Source of the DNA: Octopus vulgaris
Taxonomy: Eukaryota
Reading direction: 5' to 3'
DNA: 64,000 bases
NCBI GenBank assembly: GCA_951406725.2
Contig: OX597827.1
Location: 43,896,001-43,960,000, forward strand
Under the pieces are notes generated by a model, which worked only from the letters and a program-made list of their open reading frames with translations, was not told the DNA's origin and searched no databases. Of the stretch, positions 14,743 to 29,850 are shown one piece after another. Numbering within the stretch: position 1 is the first letter of the stretch; each line of letters begins with the position of its first letter. Position numbers and translations under genes: made by a program.

Positions 14743-15070
14743 GCAATGATGATGATGATGATGATGATGATTACGATGATGATGATGAAGTGGTTGTTAT
14801 TGTTGTTATTTCCCCAATGCTATGGTTTACCATGCATCTTTCCCTCACACCGTCACCAACTTGCCTTTTATGGAATTTTGTTCAAATTAGATGCTTCAGT
14901 GACTGTTTTCTAAACTTTACTTTATCATCCAGTCATAATTTATCCTTTTCGAACATCTTCTGCCTATTACCATATATATGTGTATATATGTGTGTGCGTG
15001 CGCGCGCGCGTGTGTGTATGTGAGTGTGTGTGTGTGTGTATGTGCGTGTGTGTGTGTGTGTGTGTGTGTT

Positions 15071-15217
15071 TGACCACTAAAGTGGATTCCTGTACGCTTG
15101 AGATAGACGTCAAATCACCTTCACACAAAGAGTGTGTTCGCAAGAAAAAAACCCACTCTTTGTGTTAAGGCTATTTGACGTCTATCTCTAGCATATAGGA
15201 ATCCACTTCAGTGGTCA
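15071..15217. mobile_element. Palindromic MITE-like foldback (~64-bp arms)
   Basis: TGACCACTAAAGTGGATTCCT...CACAAAGAGTG / CACTCTTTGTG...AGGAATCCACTTCAGTGGTCA. Confidence 0.8.
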
Positions 15218-15326
15218 TTCCTCTTATTAATTGTAATATAATTTTTAAATCTTCGGATTTTTTGAATATCGAAGACCACTGGTTTAAATTGACGTTAACT
15301 GATTGTTATGAATTTCTACCCTCGCG

Positions 15327-15397
<71 letters not shown>

Positions 15398-15442
15398 AAT
15401 GAAAGAATGGAGTCGAACGACGATTTAACAAAATTCCTTTAT

Positions 15443-15523
15443 TCTCGACACATGTTTCGAAGACTGCATATTCTCAATTCCGAAGGAATAAAGGGTGCAT
15501 TATGCCGTCTTCTCATCAGGAAA
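15443..15523 (-). ncRNA. Type I hammerhead ribozyme, canonical core
   Basis: Minus strand: tttc-CTGATGA-GAAGAC...GTCTTC-GAAA-CATGTG-TC-gaga; GUC cleavage triplet and all three stems pair. Confidence 0.75.
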
Positions 15524-15646
15524 GACAAAGAACTTATGTCAGCATCATGACGAACAAAAACTTTTACATGACTTTTATCCATACTAGGATAATTCATTCA
15601 ACTACTTAAACATTTATATATATATATATGTATGTATGTATGTATG

Positions 15647-15685
<39 letters not shown>

Positions 15686-15772
15686 CATTCTTTTAGAAGT
15701 CTCTGCCCAAAAGCTGTAGCCACATTGGAGCTCCGCCATATATACATATATATATATGTGTGTATATATACA

Positions 15773-15957
15773 TATTTTTTTAATAATATATTATTATTAT
15801 TAATATAAGGAAATCAATATTGAACTCATATTTATTTATTTATTTATTTATTTATATATAGTTTTAATACAATAAGGTCTTTCACACGGGTATATCTTTA
15901 TGATGAGTTCAATATTGACTTCCTTATATTAATAATAATATATTATTAAAAAATATA
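15773..15957. repeat. AT-rich foldback (~55-bp arms) in (TA)n, PLE-end-like
   Basis: ...TAAGGAAATCAATATTGAACTCAT versus ATGAGTTCAATATTGACTTCCTTA.... Confidence 0.7.
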
Positions 15958-16099
15958 TGTATATATCGCTCGTATTAAATACATAAATAGTTTAATAGTA
16001 TTAATATTTTTATACAATGGAACACTCAATATAAATTCAGTATATAATATTCTTATTGAATATATGTACCTAAAGATTTATGTGTGTGTATATATATAC

Positions 16100-16172
<73 letters not shown>

Positions 16173-16263
16173 TATGTATGTATCTATGTATGTATATATC
16201 TATGTATGTATGTATGTATGTATGTATGTATGTATGTATGTATGTATGTATGTATATAAACCT

Positions 16264-16501
16264 TAAAGAGAGTTGCTACATTGAAGTTACCGCGTGTTTA
16301 ACCCCAGGCAGACTCTCCGCCAGCTGGTTTTCGGTGCAAGCTCTGCACCTTTTATGTACAATACATCGCAAGCAGAAGGAGCGATGCGTATTGTACATAA
16401 AGGGTGCAGAGCTTGCACCGAAAACCACCTGGCGGAGAATCCGCCTGGGGTTAAACTCGTAGTAACATTCATCTGCCACTTTGATGTGGCTACTCGCTTT
16501 A
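16264..16501. mobile_element. GC-rich palindromic MITE/foldback (~105-bp arms, 11-nt loop)
   Basis: TTTAACCCCAGGC...GGTTTTCGGTGCAAGCTCTGCACC...ATCGC mirrored almost perfectly; the supplied ORFs on opposite strands give near-identical peptides. Confidence 0.85.
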
Positions 16502-16654
16502 CTCTTTAGTATACGTTACTATTCCAGCTTTCCTTCCGATTTGATAACTAGCTATTTTGCTTATATATATGTGTGTGTTTATGTATGTGTGTGTGTAAAT
16601 ATATGTGTATATATGTATGTGTGTGTGTGTGTGAATATATATGTGTATTTGTAT

Positions 16655-16990
16655 ATTCTTTTACTCTTTTACTTGTTTCAGTTATTTGACTGCGGCCATG
16701 CAGGAGTACCGCCTTTTAGTCGAGCAAATCTGAACCAGCACTTATTCTTTGTAAGCCTAGTATTTATTCTATCGGTCTCTTTTGCCGAATCGCTAAGTTA
16801 CGGGGACGTATACGCACCAGCATCGTATACACAAACACACACACACACATATATATATATATACATATATACGACGGGCTTCTTTCAGTTTCCGTCTATC
16901 AAATCCACTCACAAGGCTTTGGTCCGTCCGAGGCTATAGTAGAAGACACTTACCCAAGGTCCCACGCAGTAGGACTGAACCCGGAACCAC
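16655..16990 (-). mobile_element. SINE family A, truncated in the head
   Basis: Homologous to 2931-3310. Confidence 0.8.
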
Positions 16991-17203
16991 GCGTAACGAT
17001 CTTCGCAAACTACAACGAAATTTGCTTCAACACACTAGTTCACAAGAATCTTGCAAACCAAATACAAATTCGAAGTATTCTCTGAGTATGTGTCTGTGTG
17101 TGTGTGTTCGTCTCTGTCTGTGTATGTGTGCGTGCACGTGTGTGTTTACATATATGTATATAGATAGACAGATTGATAGACAGATAGATATAGATGTATA
17201 CAA

Positions 17204-17237
<34 letters not shown>

Positions 17238-17281
17238 GCACACACATTTATGTATGTACACATATAAACGGGTATATGTAC

Positions 17282-17324
<43 letters not shown>

Positions 17325-17428
17325 GCATATATATGTGCATACATATATGTATATATGTATATATATATATGTGTGTGTGTATATACATATGCATATATAT
17401 ATACCTACATACATATATACGTGTGTGT

Positions 17429-17498
<70 letters not shown>

Positions 17499-18835
17499 AG
17501 TAATGAAGGAAACGGAAGGATCGATTTTACTCTAGTCGTTATTCAGTTCGACGATCGTTTCGAGCCACCCTGCAACTGTCCGTTATGTGATATCGTCTTC
17601 GAATTTGGTTTGTACAAGATTCTTGATGTGAATTTGTGTGTTGAAACAAATTGTTTTTGCGTTTTGGTAGAGTAATTTTTCCAATATTAATAACACATTG
17701 ATTCAATTCCACTCATTTATTATTAGTCAACTGTTTAAATATCTAACCAACTAACAAATCGATCGTTTGTTTAAATTCTTGGTTGAACAGTTGACCGTTT
17801 TTTTTTTCCTGTTCTACTTTTTGTTTAAAAATGACAAACGATTGACAAATTAAATAAACATTTAACCAACTGACTAATAACAAAGGAGTTGAATGGAGCC
17901 AGTGCGCGTTGGCATAATGTTTCTCCCAAGACAACAAAAATCATATATTTTGGACAGAGTAACAGGAAATATTTGTTGGTGATATACACGTAAAAGTGGT
18001 GAGGGGTGGAGAGAGCGGAATCTACGCGTGAATATGTGGTCTGATCAATAAGTATCCGGACTGTTGCGTACTGGGGTCGCTCGAATCCACTGGCTTCCTC
18101 CCCAAAAATTTCGAGCTTCGTGCCTAGAGTAGAAAAGAATATCAAGCATCTTATAGTCTTCGTTGTGTATCATACAATGTACAAGTACCAACAGAATAGT
18201 AGTCTTCCTCACATTGATCTCAGTGTATAACATACTCTATAACTGTGTTATATGTACAATAAATATACTTATTTAGTCAAAGCAGAACTGACTTCAATCG
18301 TATTTTCCAAAACGTAAAATCGATTTGTAAAAGAACTAAAGAAAATGGAAGCTGGAGAATTTGAAAAGAAAAGAGGCAGTTACATGATTTAGCTGTGTAA
18401 TTTCAGGTGAATTTTTTTAAAGAAAAATTTTATTTTCCTGTCAAATTTGAAAGCATGTAGTACATTATTTTGACAAGGTTTGGTCTAGTGAGCAATGGCG
18501 GAACAAACAGTTGTGTGAATGACTAAACTAAACTCATTTCACCGTGACCACTGAAATAAAACGTAATACGAAATGTATAAATAGGGAGCGTACATTTTCT
18601 CTTTAGTTGTTTAAAAGTTATGCCCCAGTATGGCCACAATACGAATATTGAAAATATCTATGAATAGAGAATATTCCTCCCTCTCCCTCTTTCAGTTCCT
18701 CTCAAGCTCTCTATCTATCTATTCATATATTCAAAAGAGACCGATAGAATAAGTACAAGACTTACAGAGAATAAGTCCTCGGGTCGATTTGTTCGACTAA
18801 AGGTGGTGCTGCAGCATGGCCACAGTCAAATGAAA

Positions 18836-18871
<36 letters not shown>

Positions 18872-18947
18872 GACGGGCTTCTTTCAGTTTCAGTGCACCA
18901 AATCCTCTCACAAGGCTATGGTCGGCCCGAGGTTATAGTAGAAGACA

Positions 18948-19850
<903 letters not shown>

Positions 19851-20054
19851 CTAGGAGGGACTCTTAAAGTCAAAACTACCAATATATCAATATATATATA
19901 TATATATATATAATGTAATTGATCAAAACCTGTAGTAAATCTGAAGTTGAAAATGCATAAAGAATATACTGGAATTTATTAAGATTTTAAAAGATAGATA
20001 ATCACTTGACGGCTTGAATTTCAAAAGTGCATGATAAGTTCGTCTCAAAAATTA

Positions 20055-20910
20055 TCGTCTTATTTCGAGTGATCCGGCCGAACAGTTCAAATTCTTTTAG
20101 GCGGTTTCTGATAGTTTGTGCTGTAAAGCTGATGTCAGTTTCATCAGATAATTACTTACAAATGTCCACTGCTGTTAGCATTCAGTTAGCGCCAGAGAGC
20201 CTATGGATTTGCTGATCCATCTGTACTGTTGTTTTTCTCGGAGCGCCCGTTCTTTGTCGATCTTTGTGTTGGCCAGTGGCTTGGTAAAGCTTCCATGCTT
20301 GAACACAAGCCGTTTTGACGCATCCTAATTGCTTGTTAATTTTCATGAAGGACACATTTTGTTGATGAAACAACACGACCTTTGATCTTGTAACTGGGCT
20401 GATAATACAACACTTTCCCATAGCGAAATAATGTGTAACAATACTCGATTATTAAAAAAAACAGTGCAGTAAGACCAGCCATATGACCATCCATTTGGTT
20501 TACTAATTTGCATAATTACCTCCTTATATAGATCACCCATCTAACAGTCATGTCACATATTCAATGGGAAAAGCTTTAACGTGACGTTCTCGCGTGACCT
20601 GTCATATGAACGTTGACCAATCAAACTGTACGCTAACGAATAGCATTCTGAATCAAATTCTGTCTTTAAAAACAAACAATTTTTACAGCAATGAACAGAA
20701 AAGATACAATTTACGATGCAGCCAAATTAATTGCACATTAAAGTGATTCAAATTGTAGAAAGATAATAACGCCTATATCATTCGAAAGAGAAAAAAATTC
20801 TACATAATCTAAAAAGTAAAACAATTTTACAGTTTTGTTAAAAATAAATTAATGAAGGAAAAGAACAGTCATCATCGGTCTTAAACTTATTTTGGCCAGT
20901 ACGTGTATAT
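20055..20910 (-). mobile_element. Tc1-like transposon 5' fragment (HTH region, pseudogenised)
   Basis: MGK...DRQRTGAPRKTT..D..I.R...TA.DI...TIRNRLKE..LFGR fits a Tc1 N-terminus with in-frame stops; terminus TACACGTACTGGCCAAAATAAG. Confidence 0.75.
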
Positions 20911-21561
20911 ACGTATGTATGTGTATATATATACACACATATACTCACACGCGAACGCATCCGACAGCTATCTGCACAGCTTCCTACTACCAAGTTTAAC
21001 TCACAAATCTCGATTTCCTTCTTTCTTTCGTTCTTGATTTCTTTCATGCTTTCTTTCATTAAATCTTTCACACACCTTCAGTCACGTTGCATCATTTGTA
21101 GCATTGCAACGATATGTTGTTGTTGTTGTTGCTGTTTTTCTTTTTCTTTCTTCTTTTCTTTTTAATTTCCTCCATTATAAGTAATTTCAATTCAGTAATA
21201 TATTTAACTTGTTTTTATTTATAATTTTTTTTAATCTTTTGTACGAAATTTTTCGACTAAACATTTTCATTTCTTTTTTATCTTTTATATTTCGTCTTTT
21301 TTACTTGCTTCAGTCATTAGATTGCGACCATGCTGGGGCATCACCTTCAAGTATTTTACTCGTGCAATCGACCGCAGTACTATTTGTTTTCGCTTATCAT
21401 TTTTTTTTTGTTTTTTTTTTAAAGTCTGTTAGTTATTGTCTCTTTTATTAAACAGTGGTTGTTAAGCAGTGTTGGGAAACAACCACAGACACAAAGGCAC
21501 ACACACACACACACATGCACACACAGACGCACGCACACACACACACACACATACAAATATA

Positions 21562-21784
21562 TGAGGAGGGCGCTGAAAATGTCCTGGCTTTAGGGGAGGG
21601 TATCACGAAAAGCTTGGCAAGAGGCCCAAACTTCCGAGTTCTTTTACAGGGTTCAGAAAAACTGAAGGACTGCTGCAATAAGTGTTTGAATTTGAGAGGG
21701 GAATATGTTGAATAAAATCATAATTAACTGATCCTCCTGTATTTTCTTTTATCCAAAGCCAGGAACTTTTCAGCATCCCCTTGT
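21562..21784 (+). mobile_element. Mariner-derived MITE
   Basis: TIRs GGGCGCTGAAAATGTCCTGGCTTT / AAAGCCAGGAACTTTTTCAGCATCCC; encodes the mariner C-terminus GSEKL..CCNKCLNLRGEYVE*. Confidence 0.75.
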
Positions 21785-21796
21785 GTATATGTGTGC

Positions 21797-21888
<92 letters not shown>

Positions 21889-21890
21889 GT

Positions 21891-22218
21891 GGAGACCCAC
21901 TTTGGTCGTGACTGACCATGGGATTGCACCTAGAAAGTTACCCTCCCAGGCATAAGTCCGGGCAAGGTTGTTTATGAAAGACCAGCAGTCGCCCATGCAC
22001 ACCGGCCTCCCCTCTCCACGCCACCAGTGTTATCCAAGGGAATGGCAAAAAGTCCGATACAGATTGGCACCTGTGACGTCGCAATTCATTTCTACACCTG
22101 AGGGAACTGGAGCAACGTGAAATAAAGTGTCTTGCTCAAGAACACAACACGCAAGCCCGCCCAGAATTCGAACTCACGACCTCACGATCGTAAGCTCAAC
22201 GCTCTAACCGATGAGCCA
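21891..22218 (-). mobile_element. SINE family C (tRNA head, GTGTTCTTGAGCAAGACACTT block)
   Basis: Homologous to the TSD-flanked copy at 42354-42693. Confidence 0.8.
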
Positions 22219-22654
22219 TATATATACACGGCGAGCTTCTTTCATTTTCAGTTTTTTTAATCCATTGACAAGGCTTTGGTCAGCCCGAAGCTTGGCAGAA
22301 GCCCTGGAATTCACGCAGTGAGAATAAACCCGGTACCATATGGCTGGGTAGAGATCAGAATAAATAATACAAAATAATATCAATAACGTAAAAATATGTA
22401 TGCGCGTTGATATATATATATACATGAAGTATATATATGTGTTGTTATAAAAAGAATAAAATTTATATTTATGCTTGTGTTTGCGTATGTATAACAAAAA
22501 TATCATTAGATTCCGTTCTCGGTTTACGCAGAAATTTACTTACGAATTTTGTCTTTCTATGCAACGCATGTGCTTATTCATGAGAGTAACTATCGTTCAA
22601 ATACGATGTTGACCATTTTAAGCGTTCATTATTCTTGCTTTTTGTCTTTTATTC

Positions 22655-23280
22655 GTCTTCTTGTTTCCGTCATTTGACTGCAGCCATGCTGGAGCGTCGC
22701 CTTAAAGGGTTTTAGTCGAAGAAATCGCCCCCCATGACTTGTTCGCTGTAAGCCTAGTACTTATTCTATCGTGCCCTTTTGCCGAAAACAGCTAAGTTAC
22801 GACGACATAAACACCCCAGCATCGGTTGTCAAGCAATGGATTCCGCCGAGGTCGACTTTACCTTTCATCCTTTCGGGGTCGATAAATTAAGTACCAGTTA
22901 CGCATTGGGGTCGATATAATCGACTTAATCCGTTTGTCTGTCCTTGTTTTCCCTCTCTGTGTTTAGCCCCTTGTGGGTAGTAAAGAAATAGGTTGTCAAG
23001 CAATGGCGGGGAACAAACAAACACACACACACACACACACGGGAGAATTCACAAAAAAACACAAAAATCGAAAACAGGTGGTGTAGACAACAAACAGATG
23101 TATTATATATATATATATATATATATATACGACGGGCTTCTTTCAGTTTTCGTCTACCAAATCCACTCACAAGGCTTTTGTCGGCCAGAAGCTATAGTAG
23201 AAGACACACGCCCATGTTGTCACGCAGTGGGAGGGAACCCAAAACCATGTGGTTGGGAAGCAAACTTCTTACCACACAGA
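22655..23280 (-). mobile_element. SINE family A carrying a family B insert (22840-22990)
   Basis: The insert is bracketed by a duplicated GGTTGTCAAGCAATGG. Confidence 0.8.
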
Positions 23281-24159
23281 TTTTATTAAAATGTTATTAT
23301 ATAATTTCTTCCATAAATCGTATGAGCGATGACAAAATCACGTGTGAAATTAGGAAATTGCGATACCTTTACGGCAAACATTGGTCGTTGGCAAATTGTC
23401 AAAATCACATTCTTTATTTTTAAATCCACTATTATGCGATTATACGACAGATTTCTCCATTCAAAATATATTCAATGTCACCTTGAAGACGTTATGCGCG
23501 AACATTTTTGGTGGGGTTTGTCGACAAATGTCTGCGAGTACACAAGCGCACGGCTTCGGAAGGAACTCTGATGCGAGGGAAGATGTATCTACCATTACGG
23601 TTCTTTGAGAGTAGGTATAAAAATGTCATGCTGCCTAAATTTTGTAGTCTCTGCAGCTTCAAATATCTGGAGGCACATAATTTCTAAGTAAGTATTTCGA
23701 AACCTGCCTATATAAACCTAATGTTCCTTATGCTTTATTCAGTCTGTTATCAGCTTGAAATTATGTCATTAATTTCTCACCTAAAGTTTCCTACGAAATG
23801 AATAAGACAACTAAGATTCGAGCATTTGATTTTATACACTCAGACACATTTTGTTTTCTAAGCACAGAAGTATTTAGCGCAGTCTGTAGCAAACTTCTTT
23901 TTGCTTCTTTATTGTTTGTTTAACGTATTGACATGTTAATGAAAATGAACTTTAAAGCAATTCTCGGCCAGGCCAACGTTATTCCTGAAGGTATGGCTAT
24001 TGTCTGTATCGAATTTAGTACAATAGCTTTGGAAGACAGCTACATTTAAGGGGGCAATTGCTTGTAGCAATATAGTTACATGCCGAAGAAGAGATTGTAT
24101 TACATTTGACTACATTATTTTACGGATATTGTACATTATCGATCCTAGAAGAATAAAAA

Positions 24160-24373
24160 GTAATAATAATGAGAAGGATGATGATAACAATGATAGCAGT
24201 AGAAGCAGTAGCAGCATAAGCAGCAGCAGCAGCATAAGCAGCAGCAGCAGCATAGGCAGCAGCAGCATAAGCAGCAGCAGCAGCAGCAGCATAAGCAGCA
24301 GCAGCAGCATAAGCAGCAGCAGCATAAGCAGCAGCAGCAGCATAAGCAGCAGCAGCAGCATAAGCAGCAGCTA

Positions 24374-24452
<79 letters not shown>

Positions 24453-24701
24453 CGTCTTCAGCATCATCGTTATTATCATTATCATTTACAGCAACATTAT
24501 CATGATAATCATCATAATCATCAAGTTCATCATCATCATCATCATCATCAACAACATCATCACCATCATCATCACCAACATCGCCATCACCATTATCATC
24601 ATAATCATCATCATCATCGTCGTTGTCGTCGCGGTTATCATCCTCAACATTGTCCTAACACACCCCATCGTCTTCATCATTATCATCACCATTATTAACG
24701 T

Positions 24702-24732
<31 letters not shown>

Positions 24733-24821
24733 GCCACTGCTATAATCATCATCAAGCTACCCACCACTACATACACCATAACAACAATCGTCATCATCAT
24801 TATCATCATCACCACCATCAC

Positions 24822-24853
<32 letters not shown>

Positions 24854-24897
24854 CCATCACCATCATCACCATCACCATCACCATCATCACCATCACC

Positions 24898-24929
<32 letters not shown>

Positions 24930-24996
24930 CATCGTCATCATCATCATCGTCATCATCATCACCGTCATCATCATCACCATCATCATCATCATCACC

Positions 24997-25066
<70 letters not shown>

Positions 25067-25233
25067 CCATCATCAGCATCACCATCATCACCATTACCAT
25101 CATAACTATCACCATCATAACCATCACTATCATCACCATCATCACCATCACCATCATCAGCATCATCGTCATCATCATCACATCATCATCATCATCACCA
25201 CCACCACCACCAACATCATCATCCTCCTCCTCC

Positions 25234-25271
<38 letters not shown>

Positions 25272-25272
25272 G
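24160..25272. repeat. Compound trinucleotide tract (AGC)n with ATA interruptions, (AGT)n, (CAT/CAC)n
   Basis: Directly visible. Confidence 0.9.
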
Positions 25273-25725
25273 TTACTTATTTTCAATGCTGCCTTTCTAT
25301 ATATATATGTAAAAGAAAAAGAAAAAACAACAAAAAGAATCAAAATACAGAAATCTCTTCTTTCTTGTCATTCGTTGCATGGTTTTAAGTTGAAAATCTT
25401 CGACAGTTTATTTTCAAAAGATTAATGGTCGTTAAAATCACAGAAGACAGAACAAAAAACCAATAAAAAAAAAAAAACATTTTTAGGTACCAAAAATAAA
25501 TAACAATCAAAAGAAATATAACAAAACAGAAAACAAAACAACAACACAACAACAGCAACAACAACAACAACAACAACAAAAACAACAGCAACAAAACTAC
25601 GGTGAATCATAAGAAGCAAAAATACAAGAAAGCCTTCAGAAAATCTAAAGAGAAGTTCTTACATTCAGTTCATATACATGCGCATAAACGTGCGTGTGTG
25701 AGTATATACATGTATGTATATAAGC

Positions 25726-25839
<114 letters not shown>

Positions 25840-26152
25840 GCATATATAAATATGCATGTATATATATGTATATGGGTGTGTTTATATATATATATATGTA
25901 TATGTATATATATACATACACACATATATACGTAGATATGTGCTGTGTCTGTATGTACGTACACATAAAGCTTTACACAGATACATAAATATATATATAC
26001 GAATACATGTATGTATTTATATGTATGTCCGTGTATCTGTGTGTGTGTGCATATGTATGCATGTGTGAGTTCATGCTTACGTATATATATATTTATATCT
26101 ATTTATATCAATATATATACACATATATAAATACATATGCATACATAAATAC

Positions 26153-26187
<35 letters not shown>

Positions 26188-26538
26188 CATGTGCGTGTGT
26201 CTGTGTGTACGAGTTTGTGTGATTGTGCGTGTGTATATGTACGTGTGCACGTATGTGTAGGAGACTTCCATGCATACACACACATATACATATATGTACA
26301 TTGTGCACATGTATATAGATACCTATAAACGCCTATATACTTTTATATATATATATAAATAGATATACATACATACATATATATACATGCGTGTGTACGT
26401 ATATATAGAATATGTATATATATATATATAATGTATCAGTCTGTGTGAATATATATGCATATATCTATAATCACATATGTATACACGCATATAATCATAC
26501 TAATATAGACACCTATATATACACATGTACATTTATGC

Positions 26539-26575
<37 letters not shown>

Positions 26576-26617
26576 TGTGTGTGTATATTTATATATATAT
26601 GTCTGTATGTTAGTTGT

Positions 26618-26700
<83 letters not shown>

Positions 26701-27163
26701 ACAAAACAACAACCGATTTACTTTCTGTTTTATGTTTTGACAAGTTTAACTTTCACGACAGTTAATCTCTGAATAAAATAAATCGATTTTTTTTTTCCAT
26801 TTGTTTGTGTTGTTGCTACCATTGATGATGTTTATGATGTTGCTTTTCATTGTTTTTTTGCTTTTTGTTTTTTGTTGTATTGTAGATGTTGCTGTGTCTG
26901 CTTTCGATGTTGTCTGTGTAACTTATTTTTACGATTTTGTTTTGTTTTTTTCTTTTTTCACAGTTTTTCTTCTTATTTTTCTTCGCTTTTTGTTGTTGTT
27001 TTTTTTTTGCTTTTTTTTGTTTTAATTTGTATCCTGTTTTGTATTTCCGTTATGTTCCATCGTTTACGTAATTTTCTCCCTCCTTTTAATGTGTATGAGT
27101 ATATAAAAAAAATCGGTACGGAAGTACTTATTCTATCTCTCAGGTGTCCTTTTCTCTCTCTCA

Positions 27164-27196
<33 letters not shown>

Positions 27197-27593
27197 TCTC
27201 TCTCTCTATTCCTCACGCACATACACACGCATCCACGGACACAAACACACACCATGCATAAAGAAAGCATGTATAGACATCCATATATTTCTGTATGTGC
27301 GCGTGCCTTGTCGTAATTACGTTTCACGTGTCTTACATATAGAAATATGACTGAATTGTGTGGATGTGAACATACCTAGATACAAATATATGTGTACGTA
27401 TATGTATATCTATACATGCACACATGCACTTGTGTTTATTTTTATGTATGCCTGGTTGGGTGCATGCAAATATTTTCACACATATATATATATACATTTT
27501 GTTTAATGTCCCCCTAAACATAAAAAGCTTACCTGTGTATATTTAAATGTGTGTTCATGCGTGTATATGCATATATATATATATTATATACAT

Positions 27594-27672
<79 letters not shown>

Positions 27673-27789
27673 TAACATTCATACATTTACATATATATAC
27701 ATATATATATATATAAACACACACATATATATATACTTCCGTATGTCTGTGTATATCTGTATATATATATATATATATATATATACCAT

Positions 27790-27926
<137 letters not shown>

Positions 27927-28519
27927 TCGTGCTCAATGCTTTTGTCTGTGTGTGCGTATGTAAGTATATGCTAATACATTTGTACATCAGACATTTTGTG
28001 TGTAAACGTTGTGTTCTGTTGTAAACTAACAACTCTTATCGAAAACTAGATAAATATATATACTAAAATAGATAAATAAGGAAAGAAGAAAAAGCAGAAA
28101 GGATGAACTGCTAGAAAAAAAAATGAAATAAAGAAAAATTACTTATGCAAGACCCACAGTAGATAAGCTAAAATCATAATTATCTAAATCTCAATTGAAA
28201 GGAAAAAAAAAAAATCATTTCTCCATCAAAACAGAAGAGAATAGACAAATACCGCGTAAAATATAAACAGCATTATAGCAAAAACGTATACCATTAAAAA
28301 TAATATATTTCGATATAAAATGTTTATTTCTCAGTGCTAAATAACGGAGAAGACTGGCCAGAGATATTGCTGATGTTGATATTGGTGATGGGAATTTTGT
28401 TTGCATTTATCTTTGTTTTTATGTTTATTTTTATGTTATTGGTTAGTTCTGGGAGAAGGGGCAGTTACCCATATTGTGTTTGCAGTTTTTCCGAGACCGA
28501 TAGCATTGATGCCGTTTAC

Positions 28520-29300
28520 GTTTCCAATAGGCGGTACAATGTGTACAGAGAAAGAATTCCATAAGTTTGGCATTATGGAGAAGGATGAAACGGGTGTGGT
28601 GATTAGTTCTGTGTCTGGATGTTGAAAAGAGTTGGAAATAGAACTGATGATTAGCCAAGTGAATCGAGACTACCTAAGTAGATACGATACGAGACTCACC
28701 AGCCGACGAGAGGCAGAAGCCGTTAGCGTAACGAAAGAAATGGCAAAGAGATGAGACAGCACATCAGTAGGTTAGATTCTTGAACGAATCTGTGACATCA
28801 TGCCAATTATTCCTCTGGCTTTTCTTTGAATACGGTTTAGGATATCTGTGTATCTATTGCAGATGACGGAGCATTGCTCCACTGGGGCTCTCACATGAAT
28901 TTTGTAAAGTGCCAGTAATAGTTAGAGGAGTTGATATATTTTCTTGCACTAGATAAAATGTTAAGTATTTAGGATGCAGTCTTAGCTGACACTTAACTTC
29001 TGGTAAGACACAGTGCGGCATAATACTGCTTCCACCGTCAAGTCCTGAAATGCACGATATCAACGAATCGTACAAACTTTATTTCCATTTTGAAGAAAAT
29101 AGGGAACTCTTGGTCGTGGGGGGAAAATCTCTCATCCTTTTTCCTACCATATATTTCTGTTTGTAATAACCATTACAGAGCAAGACATTTGAGTTCAAAA
29201 ATATTCACCAGAGTATGTGCATTCGTTATGAGCAATCCTCAGTGATAGTAAATCCTAGCATTTGGGAGCGACTGCATGAGACATAATTGCGTATGGCTCG
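28520..29300 (-). pseudogene. Ancient LINE RT C-terminal remnant (CR1/L2/Jockey-type)
   Basis: Colinear frameshifted motifs on the minus strand: MLGFTITEDCS*RMHI; AKTAS*ILNIL; LLALYKIHVRAPVEQCS; DILNRIQRKARGIIG; AVSSLCHFFRYANGFC; LWNSFSVHIVP. Confidence 0.7.
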
Positions 29301-29850
29301 TGTTTAATGCTGGTGTAGCTTTTCAAGGTCATCGAATATATTTCGATCCTATAATAACCCTTTAGCACCCAGTTTACACGGTCTCGCTGCTAAGACTCAT
29401 TAAATATAAGGACCACATAGGGAATATTTGTGACCACCTCAAAGTTGTATCATTACTTCTTAGTACTAAATTACAGCCGCTCGCGAGTGACGGCTATGGC
29501 TTATATATTATCTCTAACATATTATCTCTAACAAATTCGTTTTTAATGTTGCTCAAACTCTACAGTAGCAGTCAATTCCAGTTTACCTTTTCATTTCTCT
29601 ATGCCGTAGCGTATCAGTTCCATCTACTTCTTGGTAATTGTACGAGTGGTTTTCTTCTAATTATCCGACTTCAGTGTCTGAAACTAATTTAATGTGTTTC
29701 AGTTTTAATTAATTTGTCTCTTCTTAGACTAACTCTGGCTCATATATTTAATTCATTACGCATTTTTATATCACTTTTGAGTTAATGTATCTTAAAGTGC
29801 TTGCACTAGATCTCTAGTCGCTCATTGTAAATTATTTTAAATCAGCAATA

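Noticed and set aside
28854-29075. ORF GLDGGSSIMPHCVLPEVKCQLRLHPK... with a TTTCAG acceptor as a host terminal exon
   Set aside because: Other frames of the same DNA give colinear LINE RT C-terminal motifs, so it is better explained as a decayed retroelement.
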